The translations under genes were made by a program, and so were the position numbers. From assembly GCF_000582535.1 (NCBI RefSeq), contig NZ_CP006932.1, positions 180,001 to 212,000 on the forward strand: DNA of 32,000 bases, in the 5' to 3' direction. Origin of the DNA: Candidatus Saccharimonadota bacterium. GTDB lineage: Bacteria; Bacillota_I; Bacilli_A; Mycoplasmatales; Hepatoplasmataceae. Shown piece after piece: positions 1-9,399 of the stretch (its first letter is position 1; each line of letters starts with the position of its first letter). The notes beneath the pieces were generated by a model that had not been told where the DNA came from, ran no database searches, and was given only the letters and a program-made list of their open reading frames with translations.

Positions 1-2
1 GT

Positions 3-884
3 GATCTTGTTCGTGATGCAAAACCTAAAACATTTTCAGAATTAGTGATGATTTCTGGATTATCACATGGTACAGATGTTTGATTATCAAATGCCAAAAA
101 TTTAATTTCTGAAAAAAAAGCAACCTTACAAGAAGTAATTTCTGTTCGTGATGATATTATGAGATATTTAATTTCAAAAAATGTTCCTTCATTAGAATCT
201 TTCAAAATAATGGAATCTGTACGTAAGGGATTAGGATTAACAGAAAATTGAGAAAAATTGATGCTTAGTCATAATGTACCTAATTGATATATTGAATCAT
301 GTAAAAAAATAAAATATATCTTTCCCAAAGCTCATGCTGTTGCTTATGTAATGATGGCTTATAGAATAGCTTGATATAAAATAAATTATCCACTTGAGTA
401 TTACGCTACTTTTTTTACAAAAAGAGATACAGAATGAGACATTTTAAGTTTAAATAAAGGATTAGATGGAATTTATAATTGAAAAACTAATTATCGTAAT
501 AAAATTGAAAAAGATCGAACAGAACGAGATAAAGCAATAAATGAAACATATACAATTGTTCTTGAAATGTATTCTCGAGGATATAAAATAGCTCCAATTA
601 GTCTTGAAAAATCAAAAGCAGAAACATGAGTTATTGATAAAAAGGATAATTTATTAATTCCTCCATTTATTATTATTGAAGGACTGGGGAATGCTGCTGC
701 TAAAAAATTAGTAGAAGAGAACATAAAACAACGATTCATTTCATTAGAAGATTTTAGATTAAGATCAGGACTCAATAAGACACTAATTAAAAAATTTTCA
801 GAATTGGAAATTTCTGATAATTTAGTAATTAAATCAGAACAAAAAAAACAAATTTTAATTGATGATTTATTTCATTTTAATTAA
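3..884 (+). CDS. polC: DNA polymerase III alpha subunit, PolC type, C-terminal part (5' end lies outside the window)
   Basis: Frame is open from nt 3 to TAA 882-884 once several in-frame TGA are read as Trp. Translation includes ...MISGLSHGTDVW..., ...[33 protein letters not shown]... and ...PPFIIIEGLGNAAAKKL..., typical of the PolC C-terminus. Absent from the standard-code track. Confidence 0.9.
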
Positions 885-946
885 TATAGATAATAAATAA
901 AAATTAGTTTTGTCCTACTTTATAATATAATTTATTTATATTAAAT

Positions 947-965
947 AAAGGAGCTACGCTCTTTT
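947..965 (+). terminator. Possible intrinsic terminator after polC
   Basis: AAAGGAGC-tac-GCTCTTTT forms an 8-bp stem (one G-U pair) with a 3-nt loop. The T-tract is partly inside the 3' arm, followed by ATTTC. Confidence 0.35.
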
Positions 966-1051
966 ATTTCTTAATTCTTTCTATTTATTTTGTTTAAAAA
1001 ATATAATAATTAATCAAAATTAAATCGTAAAAAAAGAAAGGTACGATAAAT

Positions 1052-2323
1052 ATGAAAATAAAAAATCAACAAAAAAAGATTGTTGAAGCACTTAAGTCTT
1101 TTGCTGAATTAAAAGGTATTACAAAAGAAGAAATTAAGAAATTATTAGAAGAATCTTTTCAAAAAGCTTTAAATAAAGAATATGAAAATGATTTAGAAAA
1201 TAAAGAAGTAATGCTTCCTTTATTTGATATTTCAATAAATTTGGATGAAGGAAAAATTAGCATTAAAAGAAAGTGAATTTTAACAGATAAAATTATAAGC
1301 GAAGAAGAAATTAATATCAAAAAAAATATAAATGATCTTAATTTAGAAAATTTAAATGTTTTAGAAAATTTAAAAATAGATGACTATTATTTTGAAGATA
1401 TTGATTTGAATGCAATTGAACATGATGGTTTCTTTCTTTATGTAAAACAATTATTTACACAAAAAGTTTCTGAAGCAGAAAAAGTTAAAATTTATGAAAA
1501 ATTTATTGATTATAAAGATCAAATTGTGAAGGCTAAAGTTGAAAAAGTAGCATTAACTCATTATCTTTTAAGTTATCAAGATAATGTTATTTTTTTATCT
1601 AAAAGAGAAACTTCAAAATTAGACCAATTTAAATTTGGTGATTTTGTTTATGTATATATTACAAAAATTGAAAAATCATCAAGAGATGCACAAATTATTG
1701 CTTCAAGAAAAAATAAAGAATTTATTGTTAAGCTACTTGAAAAAGAAATTGAAGATGTTGCTGACAATGTTATAAGAGTTGAAAAAATAGCAAGACAACC
1801 AGGATTTAAAACAAAGATAATTGTTTCAAGTTCTTTAGAAGAAGTTGATCCTGTTGGATCAATAATTGGTGTAAAAGGACAAAAAATAAGACCAATAATT
1901 GATGAATTAAGAGGAGAGAGAATCGATATAATTGAATATAGTAAAGACATTGATATTCAAATTGCCCGTGCTGTTATTCCTGGAAAAATTATTGGGACAA
2001 AAAAAGTTAGTGATGAAAAATATATTCTTGTCACAGAAGAAAAAGATTTCTTATCTGTTTTAGGTAAAAGTGGTTTAAATATTAAATTAGTTGCTAATTT
2101 AGTTGATAAAAAACTTGATGTTAAAACAAAAAAAATGGCAGATGAAGAGAAAGTTAGTTATCATCGTATAGTTATTCCAACAGCATATCAAAATAGAAGT
2201 AATCGTAAAAATTTTTCAAAAATAGTTGATGAAAATTATGATGAAAATTATGATTTATTGGAAGATTTAGCTTCAATTGAAGAATATGATGATTATGATC
2301 AAGAGTTAGACAAACGTTACTAA
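1052..2323 (+). CDS. nusA: Transcription termination/antitermination factor NusA
   Basis: ORFs 1052-1276 and 1406-2323 share a frame and join through TGA 1277-1279. S1 and KH-like regions are present (GDFVYVYITKIEKSSRDAQIIASR; VDPVGSIIGVKGQKIRPIIDELRGERIDIIEYS), with an acidic C-terminal tail. Position after polC and before ylxR-infB fits. Confidence 0.93.
2228..2254 (+). repeat. Tandem 12-nt duplication GATGAAAATTAT x2 (+GAT) inside the nusA tail
   Basis: Direct reading: gatgaaaattat gatgaaaattat gat, encoding DENYDENYD. Confidence 0.85.
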
Positions 2324-2348
2324 TTATTTATTACATAAAAAAACTTTA

Positions 2349-2627
2349 ATGAAAAATATTATTCGTACAGATATTCTTACAGGAAAAAAATATCAAAAAA
2401 AAGAACTTATTAGAATTGCAATTTTAAAAAATAAAGAGACAATATTAGATAATAATTCTTCTGGTCGAGGTCTTTATTTTAATCCAAAAAATTTAAATGA
2501 TAATAAAAGATGAAATATTTTAAAATTTAAAGTTGAAAAAATGGGAGGTGATTTTTTACAAATATCAGATAAATTATCATCTTTTTATTATCAGGGAGGT
2601 AATTTTAATGATAAACAACAAAAATAA
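2349..2627 (+). CDS. ylxR: YlxR/DUF448-family small RNA-binding protein
   Basis: ATG 2349 to TAA 2625-2627 with one in-frame TGA. Translation MKNIIRTDILTGKKYQKKELIRIA...SGRGLYFNPKN... carries the R.C...(K)..L.R and GRG.Y signature of YlxR. Conserved position between nusA and infB. Not in the ORF track. Confidence 0.8.
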
Positions 2628-4455
2628 AAAAGAAAAAAATAATATTTACAAGTACAATCTAAGTGATTTTTTTGTTGAAAGATTAAGTTTTAAAAATAAT
2701 AGACTTAAATTTGGCACTAATACTTATTTAAAGGAAATCTCAGAGATTTTAAAATTAAATCCAATTAAAATAAAAAGAAAATTAGGAATTGATTTAAAAG
2801 CAAAAGATCATATTCTAGATGATGATCAAATAGCAGAAATTGCCCTATCAAATAATATTGATTTTGAGAAAGTGGATGATGTATCTCCAGAAAATATAAT
2901 TTTAAAAATAAATGATCTTGTTGAAAATTATAAGAAATGACCAGAAGAAGTAATTGTAAAAAAAAGAACACCAATTGTAACAATTATGGGTCATGTAGAT
3001 CATGGAAAAACAACACTTTTAGATGCAATAAGGAATACTAATTTTACAGCAAAAGAAGCAGGCGGAATTACGCAAAAAATTGGAGCATATCAAATAATTT
3101 GAAAAAATAATAAAATCACTTTTATTGATACTCCAGGACATGAAGCTTTTACTGAAATGCGTGCTAATGGTTCAAAAGTAACAGATCTTTGTGTTATCGT
3201 TGTATCTGTAGATGATTCACTTATGAAGCAAACAAAAGAGTCTATAGATCATGCAAAGGCAGCAAATGTTCCTATAATTATTGCAATAAACAAGATTGAT
3301 TTACCAGGACATAGTAAGAAAAAAATATTAGATGATCTTGCGAATTATGGTATTGTTTCTGAAGAATTAGGGGGAGATGTTCCCGTAGTTGAAATTTCTG
3401 CTCTTAAAAATAAAAACATTGATCATTTATTAGATATGATTATTTTAATTACAGATATGTTGAATTTAAAAACTGCTTTTAATATTTTAGCAACAGGAAC
3501 AGTAATTGAAAGTAATATTCATAAAAGTAGAGGTAATTTAGTTACAGTAATTGTAAAAAATGGAACTTTAAATATTAGTGATAATATTATTCTTGATGAT
3601 CGTTTAATTACGATAAAAGGTTTAAAAGATGAAAATCAAAATCCAATTTTAAAAGCAGAACCAGGACAACCTGTTGAAATTTATGGAGCAGGGTTTTCAC
3701 CATTAGCTGGAACAAATTTTGTTGCAATAAGTGATTTAAAATTAGCAACAAAAATAATAAATAGTTTTCATAGTTCAAAATTAAATGCTTTAAGAAATGC
3801 AAATGCTAATAAATTTACAAGAGAAAATTTATTTCAAAAATTATCTGAACAAAATAAAAAAATTTTTAATATTATTTTAAAAGTAGATTCAGTTAATTCA
3901 TTAAGTGCGATCGAAAATCAAATTAATTCCTTAAATAATGATAATTTAATAATAAAAATAATTCATAAAGATGTTGGTGAAGTTACAAATAGCGATATTA
4001 TATTAGCAGATGCTTCACAAGCGGTTATTTATCAATTTAATTTAAAAGTTCCTACTAAATTATTGCCATTAATAAAATCAAGATCTGTTTTAATTTTAAA
4101 TTTTGATGTAATTTATAAATTGTTTGATGATATTAAAGAAAAAACAATTGAAAATAAAGAAAAAGAAATTGTAAAGCAAATCATTGGAAAAGGTAAAATT
4201 CTTAAAAAATTTCTTTTTTCTAAAATTGGAGCAATTTCAGGAACAAAAATTACTGATGGAATTGTAAAAAGAAATTCAAAAGTTAATATTTATCGGAATG
4301 ATAAATTAATTCAAGAAACAGAAGTTAAAAGTTTAATGATTGAAAAAAATAATGTATCAGAAGTTAAAAAAGGACAAGAATGCGGAATTACTTTTAAAAA
4401 TTTTAATGATTTTTTAGAAAATGATAATTTAGAATTTTTTGAGTTTAAAAATTAA
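2608..4455 (+). CDS. infB: Translation initiation factor IF-2 (short-N-terminus form)
   Basis: ATG 2608 lies 8 nt after a strong SD, GGGAGG 2594-2599. ORFs 2533-2940 and 3157-4455 share a frame and join through TGAs. G-domain motifs are present: [26 protein letters not shown]. The start overlaps the ylxR end by 20 nt. Confidence 0.93.
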
Positions 4456-4457
4456 AT

Positions 4458-4802
4458 ATGGATCAAAATAAAAAAATAAAAAATCTACAGAATCAAATTA
4501 AGATAAATCTTTCAGATATTTTATTTATGAAAGTAAATAATCCTAAAGTTAAGTATTTTTCAATAAATGATGTTGAACTTACAAAAGATCTTTTAAATGC
4601 AAAAATATATGTAAGTTATTTTAATAAAGAAAAAGAAAAAATATATTTTAAAGAATTTGCAAAAGTAAAGGGTTTTTTAAGATCTGAATTAGCAAAAAGA
4701 TTAGAAGTAAGAAAAGTTCCAAATCTTGAATTTGTAATTGATAATCTTATTGATAAAATAGAAGAAATAGATAAATTGATTGAAAAAAGCAATGATAAAT
4801 AA
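4458..4802 (+). CDS. rbfA: Ribosome-binding factor A
   Basis: 114-aa intact ORF. ...LRSELAKRLEVRKVPNLEFVID... is typical RbfA. Conserved position after infB. Confidence 0.88.
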   Translation: MDQNKKIKNLQNQIKINLSDILFMKVNNPKVKYFSINDVELTKDLLNAKIYVSYFNKEKEKIYFKEFAKVKGFLRSELAKRLEVRKVPNLEFVIDNLIDKIEEIDKLIEKSNDK

Positions 4803-5638
4803 TGGATGCAATTTTTCTTGCTTTTAAGGAAAGTGGTATTTCTTCTAATAAATTTATTCAAAAAATCAAAAAAAATTTAAATTTAAAAAAAATAGGACAT
4901 TCTGGAACATTAGATCCTTTTGCAAGTGGAATTTTATTAATTGGAACAGGAAATTATACAAAACTTTTACATAATTTTAATAATTTAGATAAAACATATC
5001 AAGGAACTATTTTATTTGGAAAAGAAACAGATACTTTGGATATTACTGGAAAAATATTAAAAGAAGAAATTATAAATTTAGATATTAAAAAGATTAAAAA
5101 AGAAATTAAAGATAATTTCATTGGTGATATATTACAAGTTCCACCAATTTTTTCAGCAATTAAAATAAAAGGAAAACCAGCTTATAAATATGCTATAAAA
5201 GGGAAAAATATCGATTTAGAAGCAAAAAAAAGATTTATTTATTATTTTAATATATATGAAACAGATAAAAATAATGAATTTAATTTTGAAACAAAAGTTT
5301 CTTCTGGGACTTATATAAGATCAATTGCAAGAGATTTGGCTTTTAAATTAAATAGCATTGCAATAATTAAAGATTTAAAAAGAATTAAAATAGGTAATTT
5401 AAAAATTGAAGATCCATATAATAAAATTGAAAAAATTGAAGATCCATATGAAATTTTAAAAATTAAAAAAATAGAATTAAATATAGAAAAAACAAAAGAT
5501 ATTTTAGATGGTAAAAAAATTGAAATTTTAGATTATGATGATCTAATTTTATTAGCTTATAATAAAAAAAATAATAATGAAATTTTTATACAAAAAATAA
5601 ATAAAAATATTTATAAAATAAAAAAGAGAATAAAATAA
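4802..5638 (+). CDS. truB: tRNA pseudouridine(55) synthase TruB
   Basis: Contains the KIGHSGTLDPFASGILLIG catalytic Asp motif. The ATG overlaps the rbfA stop (TAATG). Confidence 0.92.
   Translation: MDAIFLAFKESGISSNKFIQKIKKNLNLKKIGHSGTLDPFASGILLIGTGNYTKLLHNFNNLDKTYQGTILFGKETDTLDITGKILKEEIINLDIKKIKKEIKDNFIGDILQVPPIFSAIKIKGKPAYKYAIKGKNIDLEAKKRFIYYFNIYETDKNNEFNFETKVSSGTYIRSIARDLAFKLNSIAIIKDLKRIKIGNLKIEDPYNKIEKIEDPYEILKIKKIELNIEKTKDILDGKKIEILDYDDLILLAYNKKNNNEIFIQKINKNIYKIKKRIK
5401..5460 (+). repeat. Imperfect 30-bp tandem duplication inside truB
   Basis: AAAAATTGAAGATCCATAT occurs at 5401-5419 and again at 5431-5449 (19/19 identical), encoding KIEDPY twice. Confidence 0.85.
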
Positions 5639-5639
5639 A

Positions 5640-6551
5640 ATGCAAATAATTGATTTTAATATTAAAGATAATAAATTAGAAAAAAATAATGAAAGAATAA
5701 TTATATTAGGAAAATTTAATACTCTTCATTTAGGTCATCAAAAATTATTAAATAAAGCTATTGAACTTAAAAATAAAACAAATAAAGAATTAATAATTAT
5801 GGTTTATCCTGATTTTAATGGATTTAATAAAAAGCAAATAAAAAATATTTTACCCTTAGAAGAAAGAATTAAAATTTTTAAAAAATATAATGTTGATTAT
5901 CTTTTGCTTTTTGAGAAAAATGCAAAAAATTATCAAATTACAAGAGAAAAATTTATCAAATATTTAAAGGAAAAATTAAATGTTACGGATGTTTTCGTAG
6001 GAGAAAATTTTTCATTTGGTAAAAATAAATTAGATGATTTAATCTTGCTTAATAATAATTTTAATTTACATTTGATAAAACTTGTATATTATAATAATCA
6101 AATTATTTCAACAAGCTTAATTAAAATGCTTCTTGATGAAGGGGCAATTGAAGATGTTAAAAAATTGCTTGGATTTAATTATTTTTATAGTGGAAAAGTT
6201 GTACATGGAATGGGGATTGGCAAAAAATATAAAACTCCAACAGCAAATGTAAATGTTAATAAAAATTTATATCCCCCAATGCAAGGAATTTATTTAAGTA
6301 AAGTTTTGATCGATAATAAATATTATTATGGAATTACTTCAATATCTAATAATCCAACATTTAAAGAAAGACCTATTACTTTTGAAACCCATATTTTTAA
6401 CTTTGATCAAGATATATATGATCAATTAATTTATGTAGAATTAATAAAATTTATGAGAGAACCAATAAAATTTACATCTATTAAAAAATTATTTGAACAA
6501 ATAGAAATTGATAAAAAAGATGCCATAATGTTTATCAATAAGAAAAAATAA
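5640..6551 (+). CDS. ribF: Bifunctional riboflavin kinase / FAD synthetase
   Basis: 303-aa intact ORF. The N-terminal nucleotidyltransferase motif GKFNTLHLGHQKLL and a C-terminal riboflavin kinase-like region (GKKYKTPTANV...) are present. Conserved position after truB. Confidence 0.9.
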   Translation: MQIIDFNIKDNKLEKNNERIIILGKFNTLHLGHQKLLNKAIELKNKTNKELIIMVYPDFNGFNKKQIKNILPLEERIKIFKKYNVDYLLLFEKNAKNYQITREKFIKYLKEKLNVTDVFVGENFSFGKNKLDDLILLNNNFNLHLIKLVYYNNQIISTSLIKMLLDEGAIEDVKKLLGFNYFYSGKVVHGMGIGKKYKTPTANVNVNKNLYPPMQGIYLSKVLIDNKYYYGITSISNNPTFKERPITFETHIFNFDQDIYDQLIYVELIKFMREPIKFTSIKKLFEQIEIDKKDAIMFINKKK

Positions 6552-6620
6552 CCCCCTTTTATTATAGAAGGGGGCTAAGAATACTTGGCATTTACCTTCT
6601 AAAAATAGAAGGCAAATCAA
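6552..6620 (+). terminator. Two tandem hairpins after ribF; the second is a probable intrinsic terminator
   Basis: Hairpin 1: CCCCCTT 6552-6558 pairs with AAGGGGG 6568-6574. Hairpin 2: CCTTCT 6595-6600 pairs with AGAAGG 6607-6612, extended by 4 further pairs across one mismatch, then a T-rich run (tattctttattttta). Confidence 0.55.
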
Positions 6621-6673
6621 TATTCTTTATTTTTATTTAATTTTCTCAATTTAAATATATTCAATTAATAATT

Positions 6674-6679
6674 TATAAT
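6674..6679 (+). promoter_or_regulatory. Candidate -10 box (TATAAT) 6 nt upstream of the rsgA ATG
   Basis: TATAAT at 6674-6679, then ttttat, then ATG 6686. No SD in between. AT-rich background makes chance matches common. Confidence 0.35.
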
Positions 6680-6685
6680 TTTTAT

Positions 6686-7552
6686 ATGTTAGGAAGAATT
6701 ATTTATTCAAGCGGTGGAAATTATCGTGTCAAAACTAAGGAAGGAATTTTTAATTGTAAACCAATAGGTTTATTTCGTAAAGATAATACAGAATTAATTG
6801 TTGGAGATAAAGTTGAATTAAAATTAAATTATAAAATAGGACAAGAAAATTTAAATATAATTACAAAATTATATGATCGTAAAAATCAATTTATTAGACC
6901 AAAAATTTCAAATATTGATTTTATAATTATAGTTACATCTCTTGTTGAACCAAAATTTAATCATTTCTATTTAAATAAAATGATCACTTTTTTTCAAATT
7001 AAAAAAATAGAACCAATTTTAATTTTTACTAAAATTGATTTAAATAAAAATCAAAGAAATTTAGATTTAATTAAAAAATACGAAGATTTAAATTATAAAA
7101 TATTTAATTTTAATAATTCTTTTCAAAAAAAAGAAAAAGAAAAAATTTTATTTATTTTAAAAAATAAATTTTCTATTTTAACAGGACAAAGTGGAGTAGG
7201 AAAAAGCACAGTTTTAAATTTTTTAAATAGAAATTTAAAATTAAAAACCGGAGAAATATCTTTTGCTCTTAATAGAGGAAAACATACTACTAGGCATTAT
7301 GAAGCATTTGAAATTTATGAAAATTCTTTAATTGTAGATAGTCCTGGGTTTTCAAGTTTTAAATTAGATTTGAGCTTAAATGAAATTTCCAAGAATTTTA
7401 TAAATTTTGCAAAATACTATAAAAATTGTCAATTTAAAAATTGTCTTCATATTAATGAAAAAGAATGTTTTGTTAAAAAAACAGCTGATTCTTTTTTCTA
7501 TAATGATTATTTAAAATTAATAAAAGAAGTAAAAGAAAATAGAAAATTTTAA
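6686..7552 (+). CDS. rsgA: Ribosome small-subunit-dependent GTPase A (RsgA/YjeQ/YloQ)
   Basis: 288-aa intact ORF with N-terminal OB-like GRIIYSSGGNYRV, circularly permuted GTPase motifs (TKIDL ... GQSGVGKST ... DSPGF) and a C-terminal Cys/His cluster (C.F.NC.H..E..C). Confidence 0.9.
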   Translation: MLGRIIYSSGGNYRVKTKEGIFNCKPIGLFRKDNTELIVGDKVELKLNYKIGQENLNIITKLYDRKNQFIRPKISNIDFIIIVTSLVEPKFNHFYLNKMITFFQIKKIEPILIFTKIDLNKNQRNLDLIKKYEDLNYKIFNFNNSFQKKEKEKILFILKNKFSILTGQSGVGKSTVLNFLNRNLKLKTGEISFALNRGKHTTRHYEAFEIYENSLIVDSPGFSSFKLDLSLNEISKNFINFAKYYKNCQFKNCLHINEKECFVKKTADSFFYNDYLKLIKEVKENRKF

Positions 7553-7554
7553 TA

Positions 7555-7560
7555 TATAAT
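7555..7560 (+). promoter_or_regulatory. Candidate -10 box (TATAAT) 8 nt upstream of the rpsO ATG
   Basis: TATAAT at 7555-7560, then attgttat, then ATG 7569. No SD. Confidence 0.35.
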
Positions 7561-7568
7561 ATTGTTAT

Positions 7569-7838
7569 ATGAAAATTACATCATCTAGAAAAAAAGAATT
7601 GACTAAAGAATTCGGTGATAATGATAAAGATACGGGTAAAATAGAAGTGCAAATCGCTATTTTAACTGACGAAATTAAGAATCTAACAGAACATTTAAAA
7701 CTTTATAAAAAAGATTTCCATTCAAAATTAGGTCTTAATAAAAAAGTATCTCAGCGAACATCTCTGTTAAAATATTTACAGAAAAAAGATATAGATCGTT
7801 ATAATAAAATTATCAAAGAACTAAAAATACGTAAATAA
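7569..7838 (+). CDS. rpsO: 30S ribosomal protein S15
   Basis: 89-aa ORF. GDNDKDTGKIEVQIAILTDEIKNLTEHLKLYKKDFHSKLGL is a clear S15 sequence. Confidence 0.95.
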   Translation: MKITSSRKKELTKEFGDNDKDTGKIEVQIAILTDEIKNLTEHLKLYKKDFHSKLGLNKKVSQRTSLLKYLQKKDIDRYNKIIKELKIRK

Positions 7839-7866
7839 AAGCCACTAATTAATCGCTACAAATTTT

Positions 7867-7887
7867 GACCCATAAGGGTCTTTTTTT
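7867..7887 (+). terminator. Intrinsic terminator of rpsO
   Basis: GACCC-ataa-GGGTC followed by T7 (7881-7887). Confidence 0.75.
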
Positions 7888-7890
7888 ATA

Positions 7891-8018
7891 AAAAAAAAGA
7901 GAGTAAGAATAAATCTTACTCTCAAAATTAGTGTAAAGAATAAATAAAAGTAATTATGTAAAAGGGGATTAAATTAAATTGAGTTAATCAAAGTTTGGTT
8001 ATTAGAGTTCTAATAACC
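7891..8018 (-). ncRNA. Candidate ~125-nt small RNA (unknown family) on the minus strand
   Basis: Minus-strand features: TATAAT at plus coordinates 8025-8030; a 5' hairpin GGTTATTAGA/TCTAATAACC (7996-8017); a perfect 10-bp hairpin GAGAGTAAGA-tttat-TCTTACTCTC (7899-7923) followed by T8 (7891-7898). No ATG and no meaningful ORF in between. Confidence 0.3.
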
Positions 8019-8146
8019 ACAACTATTATACCCTAAATTTTTAAAAAAATAAAATTTTTATTTATGGTTTTTTCATTTTTTTTTAAATTTTATTTTTTTA
8101 TTAATTTGATTATTTAAAATTAATTATAATTTTATGGAAAGAACAA

Positions 8147-8485
8147 ATGGAAATATTAAATATTGGAACTGATATTGTTGAAAATAAAAGATTAGACAAT
8201 TTAAATTTAATTAAAAGATTTTTATCTATAGAAGAATTTTCTTTATTTGAAAATATTAAAGATAAAAATGAAGCTTTAAATTTTGCTGCAGGAAGATTTG
8301 CTGCAAAGGAAGCAATTATAAAAACTTTTAATAAAAAAATAAATTTTTCTAATATTAAAATTTTAAATGATAATAATGGAAAACCAATAATATTTTTTAA
8401 TGATAAATTAACAAAAAATTTATTATTATCTATTTCCCATGAAAAAAAATATACAATTGCTTTTACTATTTTATTAAAAAATTAA
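8147..8485 (+). CDS. acpS: Holo-[acyl-carrier-protein] synthase (4'-phosphopantetheinyl transferase)
   Basis: 112-aa ORF. GTDIVENKR, FAAKEAIIK and LSISHEKKYTIAF match AcpS motifs. Confidence 0.88.
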   Translation: MEILNIGTDIVENKRLDNLNLIKRFLSIEEFSLFENIKDKNEALNFAAGRFAAKEAIIKTFNKKINFSNIKILNDNNGKPIIFFNDKLTKNLLLSISHEKKYTIAFTILLKN

Positions 8486-8505
8486 CTGAAAGGTATGTAA
8501 TTAAA

Positions 8506-9399
8506 ATGCTTGAATATATAAAAAATTTTTTTAGAGTTATTTGATTTTCTTTTATAGAACTTTATTCACTTAGAAGAGGTTCAAGAAAATTAAAAAAATG
8601 AATTAAAAAAAATAAGCGAGAACAGGATCCAAATCTACACCCATTTTCTAAGAGATGGAAATATATTTATAAAAAGATGCGTCAATTTAATCGAAGAGCA
8701 GGAATAAAAATTAAAGTTGTAGGAGAAGAAAATATTCCAAATGGATCAGCATGAGTTGTTCCTAATCATACTTCAAATTTAGATGGATTTTATCTTATTG
8801 AAGCTCTAGGTGCAAAATTGGAATTAACTTCTGTAGCTAGATCAGGAGTAAAACAATCAAAATTAACACAAGGCTATTTTCTTGGTTCTGATTCTTTTTA
8901 TTTAAATAGAGCAAATATTAGAGAATCACTTACTGTTTTAACACAAACAGCACAATATGTTAAAAAAAATAATCGAGGAGTTATTATATTTCCTGAAGGT
9001 ACAAGATCTTTTACAACGGATCTTTTAGAATTTAAATGTGGAGGATTTAAATTTCCTCAAAAATATGCAATTCCAATTCTTCCAATTACTGTTCTTGGAA
9101 CTTTACAAGCAAAGCGTTTTTTTAGATTAAAATATCGTGAAGTAAAAGTTATTGTTCATAAACCAATTAAACCTATTCAACATATTAAATTACCTACAGA
9201 TATATTATGTAAAAATATAGGGAATACAATTAAAAAAGAATTAGATAAATATGAAAAAAATCTTTCTCCCAAAGAATTGAAATATTTCTTGAAATTAAAA
9301 AGAAAAGCATCAATAAAGCAACAAAAAAAAGATGCTAAATTAAATAAAGAAATAGAAAAATCATTAGAAGGAGCAATAGAAAATAAAAATGATAAATAA
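8506..9399 (+). CDS. plsC: 1-acyl-sn-glycerol-3-phosphate acyltransferase
   Basis: ATG 8506 is in frame with ORF 8818-9399 through in-frame TGAs. Acyltransferase motifs NHTSNLD and IFPEGTR are present, with an N-terminal hydrophobic segment. Confidence 0.85.

Noticed and set aside
491-775. Minus-strand 94-aa ORF from the track. The same applies to the other antisense ORFs at 1648-1950, 2765-2983, 3608-3802, 4616-4861, 10832-11047, 18437-18664, 21703-21951 and 28586-28810.
   Set aside because: Each lies entirely inside a + strand gene with strong conserved motifs (polC, nusA, infB, rbfA/truB, scpA, pheT, purB, the RCC1 gene). The translations are low-complexity Leu/Phe/Ile-rich mirror images typical of antisense frames in AT-rich DNA. 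None has an SD or promoter context.
2533-2607. Upstream extension of infB used by the track (MKKWEVIFYKYQ... starting at TTG 2533).
   Set aside because: The extension overlaps the ylxR coding region and has no IF-2-like sequence. ATG 2608 is preceded at optimal distance by the strongest SD in the window (GGGAGG).
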